Shown here piece by piece: positions 1 through 10,947 of a stretch of DNA of 64,000 bases. The notes below the pieces were generated by a model that saw nothing but the letters and a program-made list of their open reading frames with translations, ran no database searches and had not been told where the DNA came from. The stretch lies in contig CBDEFO010000007.1 in the NCBI GenBank assembly GCA_965237525.1, positions 672,001 to 736,000 of the forward strand, read 5' to 3'. The DNA is from Candidatus Latescibacterota bacterium. GTDB lineage: Bacteria > Latescibacterota > CBDEFO01. Position numbers and translations under genes: made by a program. Every line of letters begins with the position of its first letter. Positions within the stretch are counted from its first letter, which is position 1.

Positions 1-2
1 CG

Positions 3-857
3 AGGGTCCCACCGACGCTGGCCGACTCTAAGAGGATAGGACTCGACGCCGAAGTATGGATGAAAGAAGGGCTCATAGACATACTCATCGCGGGTGGAGG
101 GTTCATCCCGTTCCAGATGCCCATTGCAGAGTTTGTGGAGGCAGCCAGGGACACCGATTGCCAAGTCTGCGGATGCTTCGAGGCGCTCAGGCCGTTTGTG
201 GATGAGGAATTGCTCAGGGCTGCAGCCGCTCGGTACTGGAGGGCAGGTGTCGATGGAATCTATCTCTTTAACTACTTCAGCATGTCAAACGAGTGGAGAC
301 GCAGTGTCCTGGCCCAGATGGCCGACCCGGATGCGCTGGTGCTTACTGACAAGCTCTATGAACTGGACTGTTCTGATAGGGACAGGCCGACTACCCAGCT
401 CTGGCATTCGTTCCGGAACGCAATTCCTTTTGTTCAGCTGCCCGTTACCTTAGAGGAGACCCTTGCCGAGCGCGGCACGATCCTCAGCACGGACATCGCC
501 GACGACTTAGAGACGGCCTTCGCTGATGGAACATTAGTTAAATGCATCCTTGCGCTTCGGTTTGACGACATTATGGATGGAGACGAGATAGAGGTAAGTC
601 TCAACCAGGTATCGGTCCCATGGGAATCAGGTAAGATTCCCACACATGGCTGGAGTCGCCGGGTGTATGACCTAAATCAATATCCAGCTACGCTGAAAGA
701 GACCGCTGTGGAAGGTGACTGCATCGAGTTCGAAATAGCCGCTCCTCCGCTTAAACAGGGGGCAAACGAGCTTGAGGTACGCCTGGTCAAGCCCGCCTCG
801 GAGCGTACACAGCCGGTAGTCCTTGAAGGTCTAAGGTTGTCAATTATCTACAAATAG
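3..857 (+). CDS. 5'-truncated TIM-barrel protein, glycoside hydrolase-like GHL10/DUF187 type, C-terminal part
   Basis: The frame is open from the window edge (RVPPTLADSKRIGLDAEVWMKEGLIDILI). It carries the motif AAAARYWRAGVDGIYLFNYF, followed by a beta-rich C-terminal domain. Confidence 0.55.
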   Translation, partial: RVPPTLADSKRIGLDAEVWMKEGLIDILIAGGGFIPFQMPIAEFVEAARDTDCQVCGCFEALRPFVDEELLRAAAARYWRAGVDGIYLFNYFSMSNEWRRSVLAQMADPDALVLTDKLYELDCSDRDRPTTQLWHSFRNAIPFVQLPVTLEETLAERGTILSTDIADDLETAFADGTLVKCILALRFDDIMDGDEIEVSLNQVSVPWESGKIPTHGWSRRVYDLNQYPATLKETAVEGDCIEFEIAAPPLKQGANELEVRLVKPASERTQPVVLEGLRLSIIYK

Positions 858-929
858 ATAATTGCGACGTCGACCTTGTTGGACTATGCAACGCGACGAG
901 CAGCCGGAACCGGAGAGGAACGTACTTTG

Positions 930-1924
930 TCATCTGCTTCGACTTGATCTCATCCCCTCGATGAAACGCACGGCATTCCCTGAGAAGTGATCCTCGATCT
1001 CCTCTTGAGTCAATCCTAAAATGTTCGCCACCTGCTGCTCCTGGCGCAACTGCTCGTAAATCACAAACGTCGGTGTAGGATCGCAGTGAGAAAGTTCCGG
1101 AAGACCCTCGAAGTAGTCCCAGGCTCGGACATAGCTTATGTACTTGCCGCGAGAACACTTGGCCACGATGTTGTCCGAGCCGAACATCACTCGTTTTCTA
1201 TCCACATGTTTCATCAGCAGATAGTGCGAGAATATCTTGTTCACCGCCGAAGTGTCGTACCAGATATTCGGCATGTCCTTGAGTACGTAGTTCGACTCCT
1301 CCATAATGAAGGCGTTGAAGGCCCGGGCACAGTGTGCCAGGAACCACTGGGCCTTCGGGTCCTCTTTAGTATAGTACTGCAGATCCTTCAAGTTTTCGGG
1401 ATCAGCAGCCCCGGTTTTCTTGGAAAGATGCATGGTGATCGCCAGCCCCATGTCGTGCGCTACCTCGATTAAGGACTTGGGCAGGAAATCCTGAATCCGA
1501 CAGTTGACCGGATCGGGGACGAATAAACGATAGGGCTTTAATCCAAGGAAGTTGTGTTTTGTTACTTTAGCGGCGACGCAGTCAGGCGTCATATCCGGCG
1601 TAACCACCATGTTGACCTCGGATTGAGGGTCCTCCGCCATCTGTGCCGCCATCCAATCGTTGTGGCCCTCTAGATCCATGCCCGGAATCGGGCTCCCCAG
1701 GACCAGGTAGTGTATCTTACGACCGGGGTACAGCTTTGCCGCCCAAGCCAGGTGGTTCTGGTAATCTACCTCCCAGCGTTGACCTGTGGGAGGGTCATCG
1801 ATGCGCCTTTATGTGCCTCCGACCAGATGTGGGTGTGCGTGTCGTGAATCACCGGGGGCACAACGTCCTCCAATTCCTTTTCTCAGATATCGCGGTCCAA
1901 GCTTCTGTAATAAATAGTTCCCAT
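930..1924 (-). pseudogene. Amidohydrolase_2 family protein, disrupted near its N-terminus
   Basis: ATG at 1924 reads MGTIYYRSLDRDI*EKELEDVVPPVIHDTHTHIW, with an in-frame TGA at 1883-1885 and an HxH motif. A frameshift near 1775 leads into EVDYQNHLAWAAKLYPGRKIHYLVLG, which joins ORF 930..1679 (LAHCAR, YDTSAV, MFGSD). Confidence 0.8.
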
Positions 1925-2507
1925 GAGTTTTCACTCACATATATGTAGCATCAAGCGCATTGAACCGCGGCGGTCACTATAGGTTGCTCGATCTAATTTT
2001 CGCTGTTGTTGAGCAACTGATGCTTGGTTTTGTATGGTAGATATGCGGCATCTCCCTCTTTACTGCTTAGGACTCAACATGCCCTTAATAAAGTATTACC
2101 AAGGAGCTTCCCAATTCTGGAAGGATCGTTCGAAGAAAGTGAGAAATCAGTGGTAGGACACCTGCTTCGGCTGCAATGCCTGATGCAGAAACAAAGAGCC
2201 TGCAATCAGGGCAATTTACTTTCTTTCGAAGGTAAGAGAGCACTGATGGAACGCTATGCAGGGACGAGGGCACTTCGCTACTTCGTGGTTTGTTCACACA
2301 TCTCCTCCCATCTGGGGTGACAGCAGATTACGTAATGCTCACTGCGCCTCGCCCTAGGGTGCGGTAGCCAATCCCTGTATTGGATAGGTGTATTCAAATC
2401 AACAGAGGGGCCAGCTCAGACCTGCCGCTTGGTCTTGATAGGTCTCTTGTATGCTACCGAACCACCGCTACTAGAAATAAAATAGCCCTGCGTGACACCT
2501 TGCAGTA

Positions 2508-2536
2508 TTGACAAACAGATAGGAAAAGTTTATATT
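2508..2536 (+). promoter_or_regulatory. sigma70-type promoter upstream of coaX
   Basis: TTGACA-N17-TATATT. Confidence 0.7.
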
Positions 2537-2722
2537 CTCAAATAACTCAGATGGTCATAGAAGATGCTGGTGGACTACGGAAGTTACTGAAATATCCAGG
2601 TGTTTCAGGTGAGTTTTTTTCAAGGACTTTCAGATGGGCAATTATATCCCAGTATTTGTGCGGGAACGTCTAACTATCCTAAAGGAGAGCGGCTTGGCTC
2701 CATAAGTGGCTTAGAGAATACG

Positions 2723-3496
2723 ATGCTTGTGGCGGTAGACGTAGGAAATTCAAATGTCTCGGTGGGGGTCTTTGCCGGGGACTTTCTTGAAGGGAGTTGG
2801 AAGTTTCCTGCTGATCAGAATAGGTCTGTGGAAGAATATGTTCAGGATATATTGATCGCCTTCAGGGACAGCAGAATGTGTTGGGGAAGCGTAAAGGGCA
2901 CGGTTATATCCTCCGTCGTCAGAGAAATGGCAGATAAGTTCGTCGCAGTCTCCGGTGAGCTTTTTGGCAAGGACGGGATCGTAGTCTCTACCCATATGGA
3001 TCTTGGGTTAGAAATTAACCTCAAATGTCCTGAAGACGTGGGTACAGACAGGCTCCTTGAGGCATCTGCTGCCTACGACTTATACAAGGGTCCGTGTGTA
3101 GTTGTGGACGTCGGAACAGCTATAACTGTAGATGCCGTGTCTGTGGATGGTAAGTTCTTAGGGGGGGCTATAGCGCCGGGCTTGAACATGTCTCTAAAGG
3201 CTCTCTCCGAAGGAACGAGCCTGCTCCCGTGTGTCGAGTTGAGCAAGCCTGATTCTGTGATAGGGAAAGATAGCCCCAATTGCATACGATCGGGAGTAGT
3301 ATATGGTTCTGTGGGACTGATAGATGGACTTGTAGAGAAAATGAAGGAGATATTAGGACAGGAGACCAAGGTGATAGCCACTGGGGGGGATGCTGAACTC
3401 ATATCTGGGGAATCGAAATCGATTCAAGAAGTAGATCTATGCTTAGTCCTAAAAGGATTAAGGTCTGTCTATATAAGAAATTGGGGGACAATATGA
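2723..3496 (+). CDS. coaX: Type III pantothenate kinase
   Basis: Motifs MLVAVDVGNSN, VGTDRL, VVDVGTAITVDAV, GGAIAPG and IATGGDA. The likely start is ATG 2723 rather than GTG 2600. Confidence 0.93.
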   Translation: MLVAVDVGNSNVSVGVFAGDFLEGSWKFPADQNRSVEEYVQDILIAFRDSRMCWGSVKGTVISSVVREMADKFVAVSGELFGKDGIVVSTHMDLGLEINLKCPEDVGTDRLLEASAAYDLYKGPCVVVDVGTAITVDAVSVDGKFLGGAIAPGLNMSLKALSEGTSLLPCVELSKPDSVIGKDSPNCIRSGVVYGSVGLIDGLVEKMKEILGQETKVIATGGDAELISGESKSIQEVDLCLVLKGLRSVYIRNWGTI

Positions 3497-3593
3497 AAGC
3501 AGTAGAAAGTTAAGAGTACAGAGCATAGGGGGAAACCCTGTTTAGAAACTATTGCCTACTTATGATAACGCAGGCGACCAGGAGGATGAAAAT

Positions 3594-4199
3594 ATGTCAC
3601 AGGAGAGTCTATCAGATAGCTATTTGGAGGAAATCTTGGGGGACATATATCCGAAAGATGAGACTTTGAAGGACGGTGCTGAAATTACCGTAAAGTTATT
3701 AGAGAGCGGGGATAAGGAGGAGCTTGTGGAGTTTTTCCGTCATATTCAGGCCAGAGACAGGATGTTCCTCAAGGACGATGTGACAGATGAGTCCGTTATT
3801 CAAGGATGGTGTACAAATGTAGACCTCGGGAGAGTTATCCCTTTAGTGGCGAAGACAGAAGGAAAGATTGTAGCCGACGCTACACTCCATCATCAAAAGA
3901 TGGGCTGGATGAGGCGCGTGGGACAGGTTCGGGTCGTAGTGCATCCTGACCATAGGCGTCGCGGCTTATCGGCTCTGCTTTTGAGTGAGTTGTCGGACAT
4001 AGCCCTGCACGCCGGATTGGACAGGTTAAACGCCGAATGTATGATAGAACAGCATGGGGCTATTCAGATGTTCCTGGATATAGGTTATATTCAGGCGGCA
4101 ACGCTCGCGGACCAGGTCATAGACCTCAGAGGACAGCCTCACGATCTGGTGATATTGGTAAACGATCTAAGGGACAGGGAATATCCCGAATTGGATTAA
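3594..4199 (+). CDS. GNAT family N-acetyltransferase
   Basis: Acetyl-CoA binding motif VVVHPDHRRRGLS. GGAGG RBS before ATG 3594. Confidence 0.85.
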   Translation: MSQESLSDSYLEEILGDIYPKDETLKDGAEITVKLLESGDKEELVEFFRHIQARDRMFLKDDVTDESVIQGWCTNVDLGRVIPLVAKTEGKIVADATLHHQKMGWMRRVGQVRVVVHPDHRRRGLSALLLSELSDIALHAGLDRLNAECMIEQHGAIQMFLDIGYIQAATLADQVIDLRGQPHDLVILVNDLRDREYPELD

Positions 4200-4289
4200 A
4201 ATTATAAAGAGTGTTAAAAAGCTTGACTCGTCTGTACCCTGAAAATGGAGCCAGTTTAGTAGGAGTGTTTTATTTTGGGGCTGAATTAG

Positions 4290-4538
4290 CCCGATTAATT
4301 CATAAACTTGATGGAAGTCATTGCGAGGAGCAAAGCGGTCCCCGATTGAGTCTATCGGGGAAGCAATCTCAAGGTTTTATAGTGGTCTCCTATCAGAGCC
4401 GGAGAGTATTACATCTACCACAGAATCGAGATTGCTTCGCCTCCGGCTCGCATTGACACCGAAGGTGGTTAAACGGCATAACTATAATATAATACAATCC
4501 CTTAATTAATACACGGCCTTTTTTGTGAATTATTCGGG
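4290..4538 (+). mobile_element. MITE, long subfamily, copy 1 (249 bp)
   Basis: TIRs CCCGATTAATTCATAAA ... TTTGTGAATTATTCGGG, flanked by TTAG direct repeats (4286-4289 and 4539-4542). Near-identical to the copies at 42601 and 55770. No transposase ORF. Confidence 0.9.
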
Positions 4539-4606
4539 TTAGACGAAGAACATTTATTTTATATGCTTTCCCAAAGTCCAAAGCGTTACCGAGAAAGAGG
4601 ATCCAA

Positions 4607-5001
4607 ATGAGCCGAAAAATAATCGTAGCAATCCTGCTGAGCATCTTGTTGCATACCGCATGTAGTTCTACAAAACCCCCTGCAAGCTTTATAAGCGCCT
4701 TTGACGAGCCTGGGATATGGCAAACTGTTGAGATTCCAGAAGAGCTGAAGAAGGAAGTTTTATGGCAAATAGTATCGGATGGCTTAACTCAAAAATTTGA
4801 CCTGGAGGTGATCGACAAAGATAGTGGTTAGATACGTACTTCTTGAAAGTACAGTTATAGCGCTATAGGAAGGATCAATGAAAAATATAGAACGCGTGTA
4901 TCCTCAAATTGATGGGCAAGGACGGGAAAATCATTCAGATTAAATCGGAGGCTAATTGGCTGAGTAAGGGTGGATCGGTACTTGGCAATGATACATGGTT
5001 G
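4607..5001 (+). pseudogene. Lipoprotein pseudogene
   Basis: Signal peptide with lipobox (LHTAC). The frame continues through stops (DKDSG*IRTS*KYSYSAIGRINEKYRTRV), then frameshifts and abuts a MITE at 5006. Confidence 0.65.
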
Positions 5002-5005
5002 TTAG

Positions 5006-5168
5006 CCCGAATTATTCACAAACTTGGCTCAAATATTGCATAAGTCACTGTTACACAATAGTTCGTTGACTGGTGAATCCACTGGTTCTTCAAAGGAGAC
5101 CGAAAATTAAAAGTCCTGTATTGACAGTAGCTTATCACAGGTTCCTCAGAATGTATGAATTATTCAGG
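5006..5168 (+). mobile_element. MITE, short subfamily, copy A (163 bp)
   Basis: CCCGAATTATTCACAAACTTG ... TGTATGAATTATTCAGG, flanked by TTAG and TTTG. Shares the internal AAAGTCCwGTATT and CTCAGA motifs with the 40751 element. Confidence 0.72.
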
Positions 5169-5300
5169 TTTGAGCATATATACGGTGATCTTCAAGGGAG
5201 AATAGGGAGGGTGCGTGGCTAAAACTTCCGTTGTGCATCACTCCCAGGTAAGCATTTTCCTTTATATATAGAGTCCTGATCTTTAGCGACTAAAAAGTTC

Positions 5301-5329
5301 TTGACAGGGAAGGAATTTTTTCATATATT
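5301..5329 (+). promoter_or_regulatory. sigma70-type promoter of groESL
   Basis: TTGACA-N17-TATATT. Confidence 0.8.
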
Positions 5330-5331
5330 TA

Positions 5332-5359
5332 TTAACACTCAACTTGATAAGAGTGCTAA
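5332..5359 (+). promoter_or_regulatory. CIRCE-like operator (HrcA site)
   Basis: TTAACACTC-N10-GAGTGCTAA versus the consensus TTAGCACTC-N9-GAGTGCTAA, directly downstream of the groES promoter. Confidence 0.75.
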
Positions 5360-5417
5360 AATCTTAACGTAATAAGAGTCTGTTCACAATTACTTATTGG
5401 CAGGAGGAGAAAGCAGA

Positions 5418-5708
5418 ATGAAGGTGAAACCACTGGGCGACCGTGTTTTGATTAAGCCCGTTGAAGAAGAGGAACAGATCAAAGGTGGTATAATTATTCC
5501 GGATACTGCAAAGGAGAAGCCTCAAGAAGGAGAAGTCATCGCTGCGGGACCCGGAAGGATCACAGAATCAGGAGATAAGCTCGCCATGGAGGTAAAAAGT
5601 GGCGACAGGGTCCTGTATGGGAAATATTCAGGCACCGAGGTGCGTTTGAACGATGTGGAGCATCTTATTATGCCAGAGAGTGATATTTTAGCTGTTATCG
5701 AAGATTAG
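5418..5708 (+). CDS. groES: Co-chaperonin GroES
   Basis: [13 protein letters not shown]...[26 protein letters not shown]. Confidence 0.98.
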   Translation: MKVKPLGDRVLIKPVEEEEQIKGGIIIPDTAKEKPQEGEVIAAGPGRITESGDKLAMEVKSGDRVLYGKYSGTEVRLNDVEHLIMPESDILAVIED

Positions 5709-7364
<1,656 letters not shown>

Positions 7365-7391
7365 TGAGAGAAGTTGAGGTCTATTCTCTTC

Positions 7392-7428
7392 GAGCCCCCA
7401 TAGGAACTCCCTGTGGGGGCTTCTTATT
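7392..7428 (+). terminator. Probable intrinsic terminator after groEL
   Basis: Hairpin GAGCCCCCATAGG-AACTC-CCTGTGGGGGCTT followed by CTTATT. Confidence 0.65.
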
Positions 7429-7450
7429 GCGGCCAAAAAATGCTCTGCAA

Positions 7451-7478
7451 TTGAAAAATTTACGCTATGGCGTATAAT
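7451..7478 (+). promoter_or_regulatory. sigma70-type promoter
   Basis: TTGAAA-N16-TATAAT upstream of ORF 7545. Confidence 0.55.
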
Positions 7479-7544
7479 TCTGAAAGAGAGCAGAAGAATA
7501 CAGATTGTCAAGTTTGCTGAAATTCAAAACAGAGGGAAAGGGCC

Positions 7545-8423
7545 ATGAGAGACTTTTCGGAACGTTTGAAGCAAGAGATTTTAGTGTCTGAGTGCGCTAT
7601 GGGGACTATGCTTCAGGGCATAGGGCTTCAGACGGGCGTGGAATTCGGGGAGGAGTGGAACCTTACGGCAAGGGAGAAGGTTCAGTCGATTCACAAAGCA
7701 AACATAGATGCGGGAGCAGGTATTATTTTTACAAATACGTTTGGGGCAAATAGGTTCAGACTTGAGCACTATGGACTTGCCGAGAAGAGCGGGGAAATCA
7801 ATAGTAAAGCTGCTGAGAACATTAGGCAGATAGCCCCAGATTCGGTGTATGTGGCCGGGAATATGGGCCCTTCGGGAGGGATACTGGAAATCTGGGGTGG
7901 AAATAAGTCCCCTGAGGAGATATATGAGGCGTTCGTGGAACAGGTATCGGCTCTTTCAGACGGAGGAATAGACCTGGTGATAGTTGAGACTATGATGGAC
8001 TTGGAGGAGGCTAAGATCGCAGCTCGGGCTTCAAAAGAGAATACAAACCTTCCCGTAATAGCTTCTATGTCTTTCGATAAGGATAGGAATGGTTACAGGA
8101 CTCCCTGGGGGATAAGCCCTCAGATGGCGGTGGAAGGGTTAGCTGCCGCAGGAGCAGATGTGGTGGGAGCAAATTGTCAGATTACCATAGCAGATATGGT
8201 AGGTTTAGCGGCTGAATTTAGGGCGTGCACAGACATTCCTATCATAGTGCAGCCGAACGCCGGAAATCCGGAGATGATAAAAGGAGTCACATATTACAGA
8301 CAGACAGCCCGGGACATGGCAAAATACTTAGACGAGCTTATAGCGGCAGGTCCTAATATAGTAGGCGGCTGCTGCGGCACAACTCCCGAGTACACAGAGC
8401 TCGTGGCCGAAAAAGTCAAGTAA
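7545..8423 (+). CDS. Stand-alone homocysteine S-methyltransferase domain protein (MetH N-terminal module)
   Basis: Motifs AMGTML, TNTFGANR, ETM, GANC, PNAGNP and GGCCGTTPE (zinc-binding cysteines). Confidence 0.9.
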   Translation: MRDFSERLKQEILVSECAMGTMLQGIGLQTGVEFGEEWNLTAREKVQSIHKANIDAGAGIIFTNTFGANRFRLEHYGLAEKSGEINSKAAENIRQIAPDSVYVAGNMGPSGGILEIWGGNKSPEEIYEAFVEQVSALSDGGIDLVIVETMMDLEEAKIAARASKENTNLPVIASMSFDKDRNGYRTPWGISPQMAVEGLAAAGADVVGANCQITIADMVGLAAEFRACTDIPIIVQPNAGNPEMIKGVTYYRQTARDMAKYLDELIAAGPNIVGGCCGTTPEYTELVAEKVK

Positions 8424-8818
8424 CAGGGCGTGATAGATGGGATTTATAATCGTCAGTCTTTTTATGTTTGCCACCTTCAGTCAGTTTATGAAGTTGACTG
8501 TGCACAAAGGATACAATCGCTTTGCCATAGCAACCATAAACTATTTCATTGCCGCTCTGGCGGTGGGCTTGTATGAGCTGAATATAGGGATTTGTAAGTT
8601 CAACGGGAAAGTATTATGGCTTGGGATATTGGCGGGCATCTCTTTTACCGCGGGTTTGATGGCTCAATTCAGAGGAATAGGGATAGGAGGGCTGTCAGTA
8701 ACTCAGACTGTATCTAGGCTCTCCGTGTTGGTTCCTATCAGCCTGTCGATAATCATCTGGCACGAGACTCCAAGTTCGGGGCAAATAGCAGGGATACTAT
8801 TCATCGTGTTGGCCTTAG

Positions 8819-10337
8819 AAGCCTTGTGAAAAACCCTTAGATTCAGAAAGTAGTATAGAACAAGCATTGATAAAGCAGCTCCGATGTATTATATTATGTT
8901 ATTGATAATATTATACATGGAGGAAACAATGACCCCACAAAAGCAGGAACAGACAAATCCGATGTTTCACTATTTTCAGATGGAGGATTTAGTTCCCGAG
9001 GATCATATCCTTCGTCAGATTGATGAGGCAGTTGATTTTTCATTTGTACGAGACGTTGTATCAGATTGTTATTGCCCTGACAATGGCAGACCCGGTATTG
9101 ATCCTGAATTAGTTGTTCGAATGATCCTTATTGGCTATCTGTATAATTTGAGTGAGAATCGGCTCTGTCAGGAAGTGGGGATGCATGCGGCATATCGGTT
9201 GTTTTGTCATCAGACATTTGATGATGCGGTTCCGGATAGGAGCACGATCAACAAGCTTCGCAATCACAAGTGGGCATCCAGTGGGTTGTTTGAACGGATA
9301 ATGCGTCAGGTAGTCCAGTGTTGCATAGATGTCGGTCTTGTGAGCGGTAAACACCTTAGTGTCGACGGTACTCAGATACAAGCTGATGCTTCAGTGAAAA
9401 GTATTGAGCCGATAGAACCCCCTGTTTCTCTTGATGATTATCTCAAGGGAATCGGTTTTGAAGGTGATAAGACAAAGGGTAGGTCCGGGCATCCTCAGGA
9501 TAAAGACTTTCATGGTGAAAAGTGGACGAACCAAACACACCGTTCGACTACAGACCCCGACGCGCGCTTATACAGCAAATCGAAGGGCAAAGGGGCTTTT
9601 CTCTCGTTTATGGGCCATGATCTGATCGACACAAAAAGCAGAGTAATCCTTGAGACTCAGGGCACGCAGGCGACAGGGACAGCAGAGCCCGAAAGTGCCC
9701 TTAAGATGGTAGATGACCTTGAAACATACACCATGCCCAAAGACATTCAGACACTTAGTGCCGATACCGGTTACGGTTCTGGTAATTTTATCGCTGATGT
9801 ACTTGACCGGGGAATCATACCCCATATTCCTCTGCGAGCCGATGAGAAGATTGAACCGATTCCTACATGGAAAAACAAGACAAATTCAGCACATATTCAG
9901 GCCGAACGCGATAGAAAAGTGCGAGAGGCGAAAGCCAGAAATCATGCACGGTCTATCTCATTAACAGCTGACTACAAACTCTCCCGGAGACTCCGTAAAC
10001 GCAGTGAACATATCTTTGCTGAAGCCAAGCAACAACACGGTATGGGACGAGCCCGTTATAGAGGACTAGCCTCACTGAATGAACAGTTGAATCTTGTTGC
10101 AACAGTACAGAATCTCAAGAGGCTTGTATCTTTCATAAGAAGGGGGAAAGCGTCTATGTGTGCCCTGTCTGTCAAAGACAGTGCATCCTGTTCTTCAAAC
10201 AGCTCCTATTCCTTGCTGACCAGAACTCTGATAAGACTATTTTGCTTATTCCACAGCAAAACGATACGATATGCTACTCTTTGACCCATAATCGGCGCTT
10301 CAGACGCTGCCTGGGACATAACTATTTCACAAGGCTT
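8819..10337 (+). mobile_element. IS1182-family insertion sequence, copy 1 (1519 bp)
   Basis: 13-bp TIRs AAGCCTTGTGAAA / TTTCACAAGGCTT and a TTAG target duplication (8815-8818, 10338-10341). Confidence 0.92.
8929..10284 (+). CDS. IS1182-family DDE transposase
   Basis: DUF772-like N-terminus (VPEDHILR...GRPGIDP) and catalytic motifs SVDGT, SADTGY and EHIFAEAK. GGAGG RBS before ATG 8929. Confidence 0.9.
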   Translation: MTPQKQEQTNPMFHYFQMEDLVPEDHILRQIDEAVDFSFVRDVVSDCYCPDNGRPGIDPELVVRMILIGYLYNLSENRLCQEVGMHAAYRLFCHQTFDDAVPDRSTINKLRNHKWASSGLFERIMRQVVQCCIDVGLVSGKHLSVDGTQIQADASVKSIEPIEPPVSLDDYLKGIGFEGDKTKGRSGHPQDKDFHGEKWTNQTHRSTTDPDARLYSKSKGKGAFLSFMGHDLIDTKSRVILETQGTQATGTAEPESALKMVDDLETYTMPKDIQTLSADTGYGSGNFIADVLDRGIIPHIPLRADEKIEPIPTWKNKTNSAHIQAERDRKVREAKARNHARSISLTADYKLSRRLRKRSEHIFAEAKQQHGMGRARYRGLASLNEQLNLVATVQNLKRLVSFIRRGKASMCALSVKDSASCSSNSSYSLLTRTLIRLFCLFHSKTIRYATL

Positions 10338-10947
10338 TTAGTGTTGCTGAGCAAGAAAAGTAGCGTGGTCGTCTCCGAGAATTCGAGTAGATGGTCTGTG
10401 TGGATTGTGCTTTCACTTTTTATCCCTGCAGGTGCGAGCTCGACGATGTCGAAATTAGTGCACGAGGTGGGCTTGGACGACTACAGATCAGCCTATCTTT
10501 TTGTGCTTTATATATCTGCGACAGTTTTATCGGGGGCAGTGTTTTATTTTAAGAGGGATAAGATAAGCCGAGTGGAAGTTCTTATAGGGGTTTTGTTGGG
10601 GTTATGTAACGTGTCAGGAGTGTGGAGTCTGCTGATAGCTTTATCACAGCTCAAAGGTGTGGTGGCCTTTCCTTTTATGAGCTCGGGCGCGGTGATCATA
10701 GTAACTATATTGTCTACGGTGATATGGAAGGAGCATCTGCCATTGAGAGGTGTCTTTGGAATCCTGTGCGCTGCAGCGGCGCTGATACTTATAAATCTGT
10801 GAAATTACCCTATTTCCCCTCTACTGTGAGCCGCATCACAGTAGAGATGCTAATATTTGATTACCTTTGACAATGGGGCAATTTTGAATTACTCGTTGCC
10901 GGAGCGTTTTCCGGATTTTTAGGGCTTTAACAATAAAAAGGCATACG

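Larger units (their letters stand above)
8437..10802 (+). pseudogene. EamA/DMT family transporter split by an IS1182-family element
   Basis: Removing the IS and one TTAG restores the frame ...GILFIVLAL-VLLSKKSS... The protein has two DMT repeats (WHETPS and WKEHLP). Confidence 0.9.

Noticed and set aside
2024..2340. ORFs 2024..2320 (+) and 2085..2297 (-) as real genes
   Set aside because: No recognisable motif. At most a weak resemblance to a decayed nucleotidyltransferase-like gene, too weak to call.
4211..4644. Short ORFs 4211..4456, 4321..4509 and 4393..4644
   Set aside because: They overlap MITE copy 1 and its palindromes and are not preserved as ORFs in the other copies.
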